This document shows, piece by piece, positions 19,213 through 27,667 of a stretch of DNA of 64,000 nucleotides. A program made the position numbers and the translations under genes. This stretch comes from Spirochaetota bacterium (lineage in GTDB: Bacteria > Spirochaetota > UBA4802 > JAGODF01). The notes beneath the pieces are model-generated. The model searched no databases, was not told the origin of the DNA, and saw nothing but the letters and a program-made list of their open reading frames with translations. The stretch covers positions 28,283-92,282 of the forward strand of contig JAOAAF010000001.1 of assembly GCA_026419015.1 (NCBI GenBank), in the 5' to 3' direction. Within the stretch, counting starts at the first letter, position 1; each line of letters begins with the position of its first letter.

Positions 19213-21081
19213 ATGGATACGCATAAGTTTGGATTTTTCAAGCGTTTGAAGATTAGAGAGAAACTCATATCGATCATCTCGCTTATCATCCTCGTTTCAA
19301 TGTCGACGATGATTTTTCTTGCAACGTTCTTTTTTAAAACTGATACCAAAATTCGCATCGAAGAGCTCAATTTGAAGATTGCAGAAATTGCTGCGCTTAA
19401 AGTTCGCACAGATTTTATGGCAATGACCGAAAAAATGCACCTTATGGCTACCACTCTAATGCAAGAATTTCGATCTCCTGTGCAGAAGAATATGTTCTTA
19501 GATTTGTTTTTTAGAAACGATAAGGATTTCTTAGGGTTGCTTGTGATTGGGAAAACGGGCGAGAAGCTTGAAGTGACTAATTCGATATACAATAAAACAT
19601 TTTTTACTGAAAGCAAGCTGAATCCAAAAATGATGGAGGAAATCGCACATTCTTCTGCGGCACTTTTTGGACGCACCTTTGGCGAGGAGGCAATAGTCTA
19701 TAATGCATCTGATAAGTTTAACATTCCAGTGCTTGCGGTTGGCTTGCCATTTATCAAAGAAGATGGGAAAGTCATCTCTGCGCTTATTGGATATCTTAAA
19801 ATGGATCGATTTCTTCAGGCATTTCGCTCGGGTTATATTCAAACGTATATGATAAACAGCGAAGGAGATCTCATTGCGCATTCCGATGGGAAATTAATTT
19901 TATCAAAAGGGAATTTTATCAATGTGCCAATTGTGAAGCTCATGCTTTCGAGCAACAAAGAAAACGAGTTCAGGCGTTATAAGAATGTTGACGGTGAATA
20001 TCACTTCGGATCATATAAGAAAGTTGGCTTTGCCGGCACGGGGGTAATTGCCACTGTTCGCGAAGATGTTGCATTGGCAGAAGTGTATCGAATCCAGCGG
20101 CGCAATTTGATGATTATGATCATCGTGTTGAACATTGCCGTGCTCATTGTGTATTTTTTTGCAAAAACTCTCACCACGCCGCTTATAAAATTGGTAGGGG
20201 CAACAAAAGAAATTGAGCAGGGGAATTTTCGCGTTAACATTATCCCCGCATCGGCTGATGAGATTGGTCAGCTCACCGAATCGTTCATTGCGATGGGCAA
20301 AGGGTTGGAGGAACGCGAAAAGTTAAAAGAGACATTTGGGAAATTCGTAAACAAAGAAATCGCGGAACAAGTGCTCAAAGGGGAAATAAAGCTTGGCGGT
20401 GAACGTAAAAATGTCGCTGTTTTTTTCTCTGACATTCGCTCTTTTACCGCAATGTCGGAAAAACTCGAACCTGAAGAGGTAGTTGAGTTTTTAAACGAGT
20501 ATTTCACGCGGATGGTTGCATGTGTGAATAACACCGGTGGAGTTGTGGATAAATTTATTGGCGATGCAATTATGGCAGTATGGGGTGCGCCTGTTTCATA
20601 CGGGAACGATATTGAAAATGCCATCAACGGTGCGCTTATGATGCGAAATGAACTTTTGCTTTTTAATCGGGGAAGAGGAAGTGTCAAAAAGCCCATCATC
20701 CGCATTGGTTGTGGCATTAACTATGGTCCGGTGCTCGCGGGGCAAATCGGTTCAGAAGAAAGAATGGAATATACTGTCATCGGTGATACGGTAAATCTCG
20801 CATCGCGCATTGAAGCGTTGAACAAACCGTTTGGTACTGATATCCTTATTTCGCAAGATGCGTATGAGATGGTTAAAGATATTTATCGAGTTGAGCCGAT
20901 GCAAAAAATTAAAGTAAAAGGGAAAAGTGAGCCGCAGCAGATTTATGCGGTGCTCGGAAAAAGGAGCGATCCGCATTCGCCAAAAACTCTTGAAGAGCTC
21001 AGAGCGCTTTTAGGCATTGAGATGAAAGGAAAACCTGCGGCAGTGCCTGAGGAGGAAATAAAGTATGAAATCATTGAGTAG
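19213..21081 (+). CDS. Membrane class III adenylate cyclase (TM-Cache-TM-HAMP-cyclase)
   Basis: FSDIRSFT, KFIGDAIM and YTVIGDTVNLASRIE retain the metal-binding Asps, the ATP-specifying K/T and the N/R; HAMP DEIGQL. Confidence 0.93.
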   Translation: MDTHKFGFFKRLKIREKLISIISLIILVSMSTMIFLATFFFKTDTKIRIEELNLKIAEIAALKVRTDFMAMTEKMHLMATTLMQEFRSPVQKNMFLDLFFRNDKDFLGLLVIGKTGEKLEVTNSIYNKTFFTESKLNPKMMEEIAHSSAALFGRTFGEEAIVYNASDKFNIPVLAVGLPFIKEDGKVISALIGYLKMDRFLQAFRSGYIQTYMINSEGDLIAHSDGKLILSKGNFINVPIVKLMLSSNKENEFRRYKNVDGEYHFGSYKKVGFAGTGVIATVREDVALAEVYRIQRRNLMIMIIVLNIAVLIVYFFAKTLTTPLIKLVGATKEIEQGNFRVNIIPASADEIGQLTESFIAMGKGLEEREKLKETFGKFVNKEIAEQVLKGEIKLGGERKNVAVFFSDIRSFTAMSEKLEPEEVVEFLNEYFTRMVACVNNTGGVVDKFIGDAIMAVWGAPVSYGNDIENAINGALMMRNELLLFNRGRGSVKKPIIRIGCGINYGPVLAGQIGSEERMEYTVIGDTVNLASRIEALNKPFGTDILISQDAYEMVKDIYRVEPMQKIKVKGKSEPQQIYAVLGKRSDPHSPKTLEELRALLGIEMKGKPAAVPEEEIKYEIIE

Positions 21082-24000
21082 CGATGCACTAATGGTGGGT
21101 GTAAGCGCGCTCATCATTTCCGCGTGTTCATTTTTTCTCTATTTGGATTTCACCGCGAAAATAGAAGTTGGCGATGCTGAACAAATTGGCATCATTACCT
21201 ATAAAAAGCGGCTTTCGCAGAGAAAGTATGGAACTCAGGTGATATGGGAGGAAATTGAACAAAACTCACCTGTATTTGTGAACGATTCACTAAGAACTGC
21301 GGAACGTTCAGAAGCGGTAGTTAAGCTTAACGATGGGACGACTATTGAGCTCGATGAAAACAGCATGATTGTGCTGGCAAAGATGGAGGGAGCAATAAAT
21401 ATTAATTTTGCGCAGGGTTCGATGATGGCGCGAAGATCAGGTGTGGTAACTGAAGATATGCCTGCAGTGAACATCGTTGCAGGTGGGACGACCGTTTCAG
21501 TAGAAAAAAGCGATGTGAAACTTGCTCAAACAGAGAAAGAGGATATCGCACTTACTGTAGCAAAAGGAACAGCAATAATAAAAGCAGGGGAAGAAGAAAA
21601 GTTAATTACAGTAAATCAGTCGGCTGTGCTGGTGCCCGATGAAAAGAAAGTGCAGGTAAAAAATGTTACGCTTCGGCTCCTTACGCCAGAGCACAATAAG
21701 TATTTTATTACGAGAGCGAATTGGCATGTAATCCCCTTTGAGTGGGATGTGGAAGGTGAAAATCGGGTAATATTTTTTGAATTATCCGCTGACCGATTAT
21801 TTTCAACAATCATTAAACGAATAAATGTAAAAGATCGAGTCATTAACGAAAAACTCCCTTCAGGAGAATATTTTTGGAGAATTTCTGCTGAAGATAAAAC
21901 GACGAAAGCTATAGATTACAGCGAGGTGCGAAAATTTAGCGTTTTAAAAGAGCAGCCTGTTATGTTGTTTGCTCCCCATGAAGGAGAGAAGTATAGTTTT
22001 GTTGGCGATTCACCTTTTATTCGTTTTCGTTGGAGCAAAAACGATCTCGCATCGAACTATGTGCTTGAAATCGCACAGGATGATGCATTTAAAAATAAAA
22101 TGATCGTTTCAACGACAACACTCACAGAACATACGGTAAACTCGTTAACGAGCGGTTTGTATTTTTGGCGAGTGATTTCAAAATTTGATCCAATTCCAGA
22201 ATATGCGGCAGCAAGTGAGGTGAGGAAATTTGTAATAGAAAAAAGGAAAATTGTTCCCCCTACTGAACTCATTCATCCAGCTGCGTATGCAGTATTTAGC
22301 GATTTGGAAGTAAAAAACAGAGGTATTCTTTTAAGCTGGAAACAAATTGAAGGCATTGCATTGTATGAATTGCTCATTTCGAAAACCGAGGATTTCTCAA
22401 AAGTAGAACTTAAACGAGAAGTTCGAGGTAATTTTGCTCACATCGTGCAAAGCTTTTTGCCAGGTAAATACTTTTGGAAAGTAAGACCGCTGATAGGCGA
22501 AGAGGCGGAAGGAGTAACATATACCATACCGCGTAGTTTCACAGTCCAGGAGGGAACAATAAGCCTTATTTCACCAGTACATAATATTGTATTGGAAGCA
22601 ACGCAGGAGGCAAGTGAGATTTTGTTTAGTTGGAATAAAGTTCCCTTTGAAGGGAAGTATCGTTTTGAATTATCGAAAAAACCATCTTTTGACAAGGTTG
22701 AGAGAAAAGAGTTAATAGAAATTCCTTCGTTGAAGGTCTCAGTTGTCCCGGGGAAATATTATTGGCGTGTTGCGCTCGTTGACAATACCGATGTAGAACT
22801 GTGCAAAAGCGATGTTCGCTCGTTTGTCGTTCGCGAGTCCGAACCAGTTTCTACGAAAGCTACATTGGCGATTGAACCATTTCCATCATCAGCAATTGTG
22901 TTTATCAATGGAAAAAAAGCAGGAAAGGGTAAAGTTGAAATTTCGATTGAACCGGGCAGCGTTGCGATTGAGGTTATCGCAGAAGGATATAAGAAATTTG
23001 AAAAAACTGTCGAAATTGCTTCTGGTGAGAAAAAAGAAATTGTTGCAAATCTCGAAAGACTCCTGCAAAAATCGTTCCTTGCATTGCGCGTGGTGCCATC
23101 TCGAAGTGCAGTCTATGTAAATGATAAATTCGTGGGATATGGTGAGGCAAAGTTAGAAGTTGATCCGGGAGCTATAAATCTCGTTGTGCAATCGCCAGGC
23201 TATAAAAAGTATGAGCGGAAACTTTTTCTCAAAGAAGGGGAAAGAAAAGAACTTGCGATTGAACTTGAATTGATTCAAAAAGAAGTACCGTTGTCAGAAC
23301 GCAAAGAACAAATCGCCACGAGTCCATTATTGGTTGGTAATGCAATTGTCACGGCAACTCCTTCAGGCATTATTGCTGCATCAGATAAAGGCGGCACATC
23401 GCTTTGGCAGGTAAAGCTTCCGAGCAAAGTCGAATCCACGCCGGTTGCCGATGAAAAAACGGTATATGTTGCGACAACGAAGGGTGAGCTTTTGGCATTG
23501 GACTCAACAACGGGAAAGCTTCGATGGCGGAAAGATATCGATGGACCTGTGCTTTTCTCTGCAAAACCGCTTCGTGTCGAGGACAAGATTGTAGTGGCAA
23601 CGAGTTTTGGGAGCATTGAGGCATTTACGAATAAGGGAGAATTGCTTTGGAAAAGAAAACTCGAAAGCGGCGTGTTTAGTTCTCCAGCATATTATCGCGG
23701 TGTAATTTATGTGGGTGCAGCAGATCGTGGGGTATATGCGCTTTCAAGCAAAAGTGGTGAAATACTATGGAAGTACATTGCAGATAGCCGAATGGTTGTT
23801 TCAAGCCCGGTGGTTGATAGAGAACTTGTGTTTGTAGGATGTTACAGTGGAAGCTTCTATGCACTTGCCGCAAAGGATGGAAAATTAAAATGGAAGTATA
23901 AAGCGCCATCGCCAATTGTGACAACTCCAGTAGTATGGGACGACAAAATTGCAATCGCATCAATGAATGGCGAAATCGCTGCGTTTTATGTGGAGAATGG

Positions 24001-24250
24001 GAAAGCAATCTGGAAATTCGATACAAAGAGCAGAATTGTACTCGATCCCGTGTATCGAAATGGGGAGATGTACGTTGCAAGCCACAAAACGTTTTATTCG
24101 ATCGATGCAACAAAAGGAAGTGTGAAATGGCGGCTTGACTTGGAAAACACTATTAAAACAGCTCCATCGATCATTGGCGAGGATGTGGTGATGTCTCTTG
24201 TTGATGGGACACTCGTTTCGTTGAATCCTTCGCAGCGAAAGAGGAATTAG
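21065..24250 (+). CDS. FecR-domain protein with 4 Ig/Fn3-like repeats, 2 PEGA domains and a PQQ/BamB-like beta-propeller
   Basis: N-terminal TM; DSLRT...DGTTIELDENS FecR motif; four G-x-Y-F/Y-W-R/K repeats; two PEGA units (P..A.V..N/GY); repeated GxxxW propeller blades; overlaps the cyclase 3' end. Confidence 0.82.
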   Translation: MKSLSSDALMVGVSALIISACSFFLYLDFTAKIEVGDAEQIGIITYKKRLSQRKYGTQVIWEEIEQNSPVFVNDSLRTAERSEAVVKLNDGTTIELDENSMIVLAKMEGAININFAQGSMMARRSGVVTEDMPAVNIVAGGTTVSVEKSDVKLAQTEKEDIALTVAKGTAIIKAGEEEKLITVNQSAVLVPDEKKVQVKNVTLRLLTPEHNKYFITRANWHVIPFEWDVEGENRVIFFELSADRLFSTIIKRINVKDRVINEKLPSGEYFWRISAEDKTTKAIDYSEVRKFSVLKEQPVMLFAPHEGEKYSFVGDSPFIRFRWSKNDLASNYVLEIAQDDAFKNKMIVSTTTLTEHTVNSLTSGLYFWRVISKFDPIPEYAAASEVRKFVIEKRKIVPPTELIHPAAYAVFSDLEVKNRGILLSWKQIEGIALYELLISKTEDFSKVELKREVRGNFAHIVQSFLPGKYFWKVRPLIGEEAEGVTYTIPRSFTVQEGTISLISPVHNIVLEATQEASEILFSWNKVPFEGKYRFELSKKPSFDKVERKELIEIPSLKVSVVPGKYYWRVALVDNTDVELCKSDVRSFVVRESEPVSTKATLAIEPFPSSAIVFINGKKAGKGKVEISIEPGSVAIEVIAEGYKKFEKTVEIASGEKKEIVANLERLLQKSFLALRVVPSRSAVYVNDKFVGYGEAKLEVDPGAINLVVQSPGYKKYERKLFLKEGERKELAIELELIQKEVPLSERKEQIATSPLLVGNAIVTATPSGIIAASDKGGTSLWQVKLPSKVESTPVADEKTVYVATTKGELLALDSTTGKLRWRKDIDGPVLFSAKPLRVEDKIVVATSFGSIEAFTNKGELLWKRKLESGVFSSPAYYRGVIYVGAADRGVYALSSKSGEILWKYIADSRMVVSSPVVDRELVFVGCYSGSFYALAAKDGKLKWKYKAPSPIVTTPVVWDDKIAIASMNGEIAAFYVENGKAIWKFDTKSRIVLDPVYRNGEMYVASHKTFYSIDATKGSVKWRLDLENTIKTAPSIIGEDVVMSLVDGTLVSLNPSQRKRN

Positions 24251-24594
24251 TAACGCCTCGTGTTTTACATTTGCAACATGAAAAATTTTGACTTGTTTAA
24301 ATGCAATTTTGACAATAGTTAACAAATTTTCCTTGACATAATTTATGCATTATTACATAAATTCTATCCATTTAGATTTGCATTAATTGTGATTTTGAGA
24401 TATAAAATTTTTATCATACGAAAGCATTGAGTTAGCGAGTTGTTGTTGAAAACTCTTATATACATTGTCCGTAAAGTTATATTCATTTGTGATATATGTT
24501 GCGTGTCATAGATGGAATAAAAAAAAATGCCAATAAAGGGAATTTCCAAAAAGTTCTCGTGCAATTTAAAAATTTTTTATGAGGAGGAAATTTC

Positions 24595-25299
24595 ATGAGA
24601 AAAACATTAATCGTGCTTTCTTTGTTTGCGGTATGCGTTGCGTTCAGTTGCAAAAAAGAAAGCGATACGCAACAGCAAGAAGCTGTACTCGCAAAAAAAT
24701 ATGCGAAATATCGTGTGATCATCCGCAAAGAAGCTGAAATGAAAAATTGGGCCGCAACGCTTGAAAAAGGAGAAGATGTCGATTTGCTTCAAGAATTTGA
24801 AAGCGTGGATAAAGACGGCAAAAAGATCACTGTTGCGAAAGTGCGCCTTACGGATGGAGTTGTTGGTTTTGTAGAATCTCGACATTTAGCGGATAAAGTG
24901 ATTGTATTTATTGGAGAAACACCCGCCTATATTCGTCCTACCGTTGGAAGCAAAGTGCACTGTAAAATACCAAAAGGAACCATTGCCTTTGTGGTGGGCG
25001 AGCAAGCGAATTGGAAGAAGATTTATGCAGGGAAAATAGGGAATGTGTGGGTCACAGAACAATGGGTGCAAGATGGGTATTCGACCGATCCTCAACTCCT
25101 TCGCGATGCACGCATGTATGAAATGGCTGTTGAACAACTTGCCGCCGAAAAGGATTCTGAAAAAGTTGCTGCGAAGCAAAAACTTGTCGAGCTTAGTCAA
25201 GGCGATGGAATATTCGCTGGACTGGCACAGGAAAAACTTGCTGCGATTGAATCGCAAAGCGAAAAAGATCAAAGCACTGAACAGGAAGCAACGAAATAA
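24595..25299 (+). CDS. Lipoprotein with SH3-like segments
   Basis: Lipobox VAFS-C; KVRLTDGVVGFV SH3b-like strand; GAGGAGG RBS. Confidence 0.75.
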   Translation: MRKTLIVLSLFAVCVAFSCKKESDTQQQEAVLAKKYAKYRVIIRKEAEMKNWAATLEKGEDVDLLQEFESVDKDGKKITVAKVRLTDGVVGFVESRHLADKVIVFIGETPAYIRPTVGSKVHCKIPKGTIAFVVGEQANWKKIYAGKIGNVWVTEQWVQDGYSTDPQLLRDARMYEMAVEQLAAEKDSEKVAAKQKLVELSQGDGIFAGLAQEKLAAIESQSEKDQSTEQEATK

Positions 25300-25359
25300 A
25301 TTTTTTACATTTAAATTGCCTTTAGAGTTGGCAATAGTTAAAATTAATGGAAACTGAAT

Positions 25360-25388
25360 AAAAAGGGGTGATCTTTCCCCCTTTTTTT
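25360..25388 (+). terminator. Intrinsic terminator
   Basis: AAAAAGGGG-tgatctttc-CCCCTTTTTTT hairpin with T-run. Confidence 0.75.
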
Positions 25389-25458
25389 AATTCTTCGCTA
25401 ATAATTACGAGTGCGAGAATTTTTTTACACTTTCACCTCCCAAATGAGGATGCGCTTT

Positions 25459-26280
25459 ATGGGTAAGAAAATTTTTTTTGTCCATCTTTATTGGTTTTTA
25501 TTTTTATTACCGCTTACTGCGCAAGGTGATATTTCGGTAAAAGATTTGTACCAAACAATCATTCAGAGAGGGTTTTTGAAGATTGGCATTTCGACAAATT
25601 ATCCGCCGTTAAATTTCAATAAAGGAGAAAGAGGAGTAGAAGTTGAAATGGCCAAAGAACTTGCAGCGTTTTTCGGGGTAAAGGCAAAGATGATTCCACT
25701 TCAGCTTACTGAGTATGTCGCTGCGCTAGAAAAGCGCGAAGTGGATATTGTGATTGCGGGACTTTCCAGAAACCTCGCCCGCGCAAGGCGAATATTTTTT
25801 TCAGAACCGTATCTTACAGTAACTCCTGCTGCGCTGGTGCACAAGAGGGTTATTCCTCAAACGAAGTTTGGCGATCAGTTTGAACAAATGCCAATTCGAA
25901 CGGTATGGGATCTGTTGCGAATCCCAGGATTTAAATGTGCGGTAAAAAAGGGAAGTACCTATGAATTGCTTCTGGAGTCGAAATTTCCTGCCTTTGAAAG
26001 GGTGCTTGTCGGCACAAACGAAGAAGGGATTTCAACGATTCGCGAGGGAATAGCTCATGGGTTTATGCACGATTCGCTTTATCTCCATCACCTTTATCGT
26101 AAGGATGCCTCTTTGCGAAACAATTTTATACTTCTTACAGGTGGAAATATAGGAGAAGCGATATGTATCGGTATTCCTTTTGGCGAAACTGTATTAAAAA
26201 ATCAGATCGATGTATTCCTCGCTGAAATGAAGCGCATGGGGATAATTCAAAAATGGCTCGAGGAATATGATAATGAATAG
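25459..26280 (+). CDS. Periplasmic substrate-binding protein, family 3 (amino acid type)
   Basis: RGFLKIG...YPP, GVEVEMAKELA, VDIVIAGL, FSEPY, KGST. Confidence 0.85.
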   Translation: MGKKIFFVHLYWFLFLLPLTAQGDISVKDLYQTIIQRGFLKIGISTNYPPLNFNKGERGVEVEMAKELAAFFGVKAKMIPLQLTEYVAALEKREVDIVIAGLSRNLARARRIFFSEPYLTVTPAALVHKRVIPQTKFGDQFEQMPIRTVWDLLRIPGFKCAVKKGSTYELLLESKFPAFERVLVGTNEEGISTIREGIAHGFMHDSLYLHHLYRKDASLRNNFILLTGGNIGEAICIGIPFGETVLKNQIDVFLAEMKRMGIIQKWLEEYDNE

Positions 26281-26296
26281 TAGAGCAATGGATTAA

Positions 26297-27610
26297 GTGA
26301 TGGGAAAATACTTAGTTTTATTTTCCGTGGTAATGGTCGTTTTACTATCGGCTTTTGGTTTTGCGATGGATGATACTCTCGAGAAGATCGATCTTTCGGG
26401 TTTTATGCGATTTCGCGCGTGGTACACTGGAAGCGAGGTAATGGTGCCAGGGAAGTTTCCCTCAGGTGATGGATTTCATTCAGTCGACTACCAGGACTTT
26501 TTTTTAAGAAATAGATTCACATTAAAAGTTTTGCCAGAAATTGACGTTTGCGCAGTATTCGATATTGGGGGAGTCATTGGGAAAAATGATTTTTCGTTGG
26601 GGAATGCAAGAGCAAACCTCCTCACGCGCGATATTTACGCCGTCATTCGACCAACTAATGAAAGCGAGTTTTCTATTGGTCTTCAACCTTTCAGCTTTCA
26701 AGGTGGTTATGTACTCGCACGAGATGCGTCGGGTTTTCAGTATTCGCATTATTTTTATAATCGAAATGGAAAAGCATATTGTGGTTTTATAAAAGCGTTT
26801 GACGATGCCGATAGTGCCTATAGCGATGAGGTACGTGCCCCACGGTATGCTGATGATAATATTTATTTTGTTGGCACCATGCTTTCCGTTGCATCGATAT
26901 TTTTCGGAGATATGTACTATATTTACGAACATGATAGTTATACATCGCAGCAATCGAGTAGCATTGCTTTGGACTTTCGAACTGCAACGCTTTCATGGCT
27001 TGGATTTCATGGGAAGTTCATTTTTCAACATTGGCTTTTGCGTGTGGGTGGTATTTTCAATTGGGGTGAAATTACCCTACGAGAGAGTAATCCAAATTAT
27101 CGCACAGCTATTCGCGCTTTTCTTGGGGAGATTGAAATCGGTTATCGTTCAAATAACTATTACATTTCATTGGTAGGTGAAGGGGCAACGGGCGATTATC
27201 GGAATCCGAATGATGAGAATTCATTCCAGGTCATAAAATCGTCGCATGAGTTTTCATATATTGTTGTCGACAACTACGGCGGAATATCGATTCGTGGAAG
27301 CGGAGAATCGAGTTGGTATGGTCTTTGCGGGATTGGCATTAAATTGCAATATTCGATGTGGGAAGTGGTCAATGTTGAAATGAGACTTTTACACTTTCGC
27401 AAAAACGATCTAACTCAAATGGATCGCGCAGGGTATTTTGGAGATGAAATGGATATTCGAATAGAGTATATGTATAGAGAAATTTTTGTTCCCTTTCTTG
27501 CTGCAGGAATATTCAAGGCGCAAAGAGCGTATTATTCTCTTTTTTCAATTGAAGAAATTTCGAAAGGATGCATTGTTGAAATTTTATTCGGTGGGCAAAT
27601 AAATTATTAA
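26297..27610 (+). CDS. Putative outer-membrane porin-like beta-barrel
   Basis: Signal peptide, IDLSGFMRFR start, many aromatic amphipathic strands, GDEMD motif, terminal Tyr. Confidence 0.6.
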   Translation: MMGKYLVLFSVVMVVLLSAFGFAMDDTLEKIDLSGFMRFRAWYTGSEVMVPGKFPSGDGFHSVDYQDFFLRNRFTLKVLPEIDVCAVFDIGGVIGKNDFSLGNARANLLTRDIYAVIRPTNESEFSIGLQPFSFQGGYVLARDASGFQYSHYFYNRNGKAYCGFIKAFDDADSAYSDEVRAPRYADDNIYFVGTMLSVASIFFGDMYYIYEHDSYTSQQSSSIALDFRTATLSWLGFHGKFIFQHWLLRVGGIFNWGEITLRESNPNYRTAIRAFLGEIEIGYRSNNYYISLVGEGATGDYRNPNDENSFQVIKSSHEFSYIVVDNYGGISIRGSGESSWYGLCGIGIKLQYSMWEVVNVEMRLLHFRKNDLTQMDRAGYFGDEMDIRIEYMYREIFVPFLAAGIFKAQRAYYSLFSIEEISKGCIVEILFGGQINY

Positions 27611-27667
27611 ATAATAAACATAAAATATAAAGCCACCAGAGAGTGAAATCGTTGAAGAAATAGTTTT

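Noticed and set aside
24251..24594. AT-rich gap with several TTGAC motifs and a short palindrome (24340-24363)
   Set aside because: Consistent with an ordinary promoter region; the palindrome is low complexity
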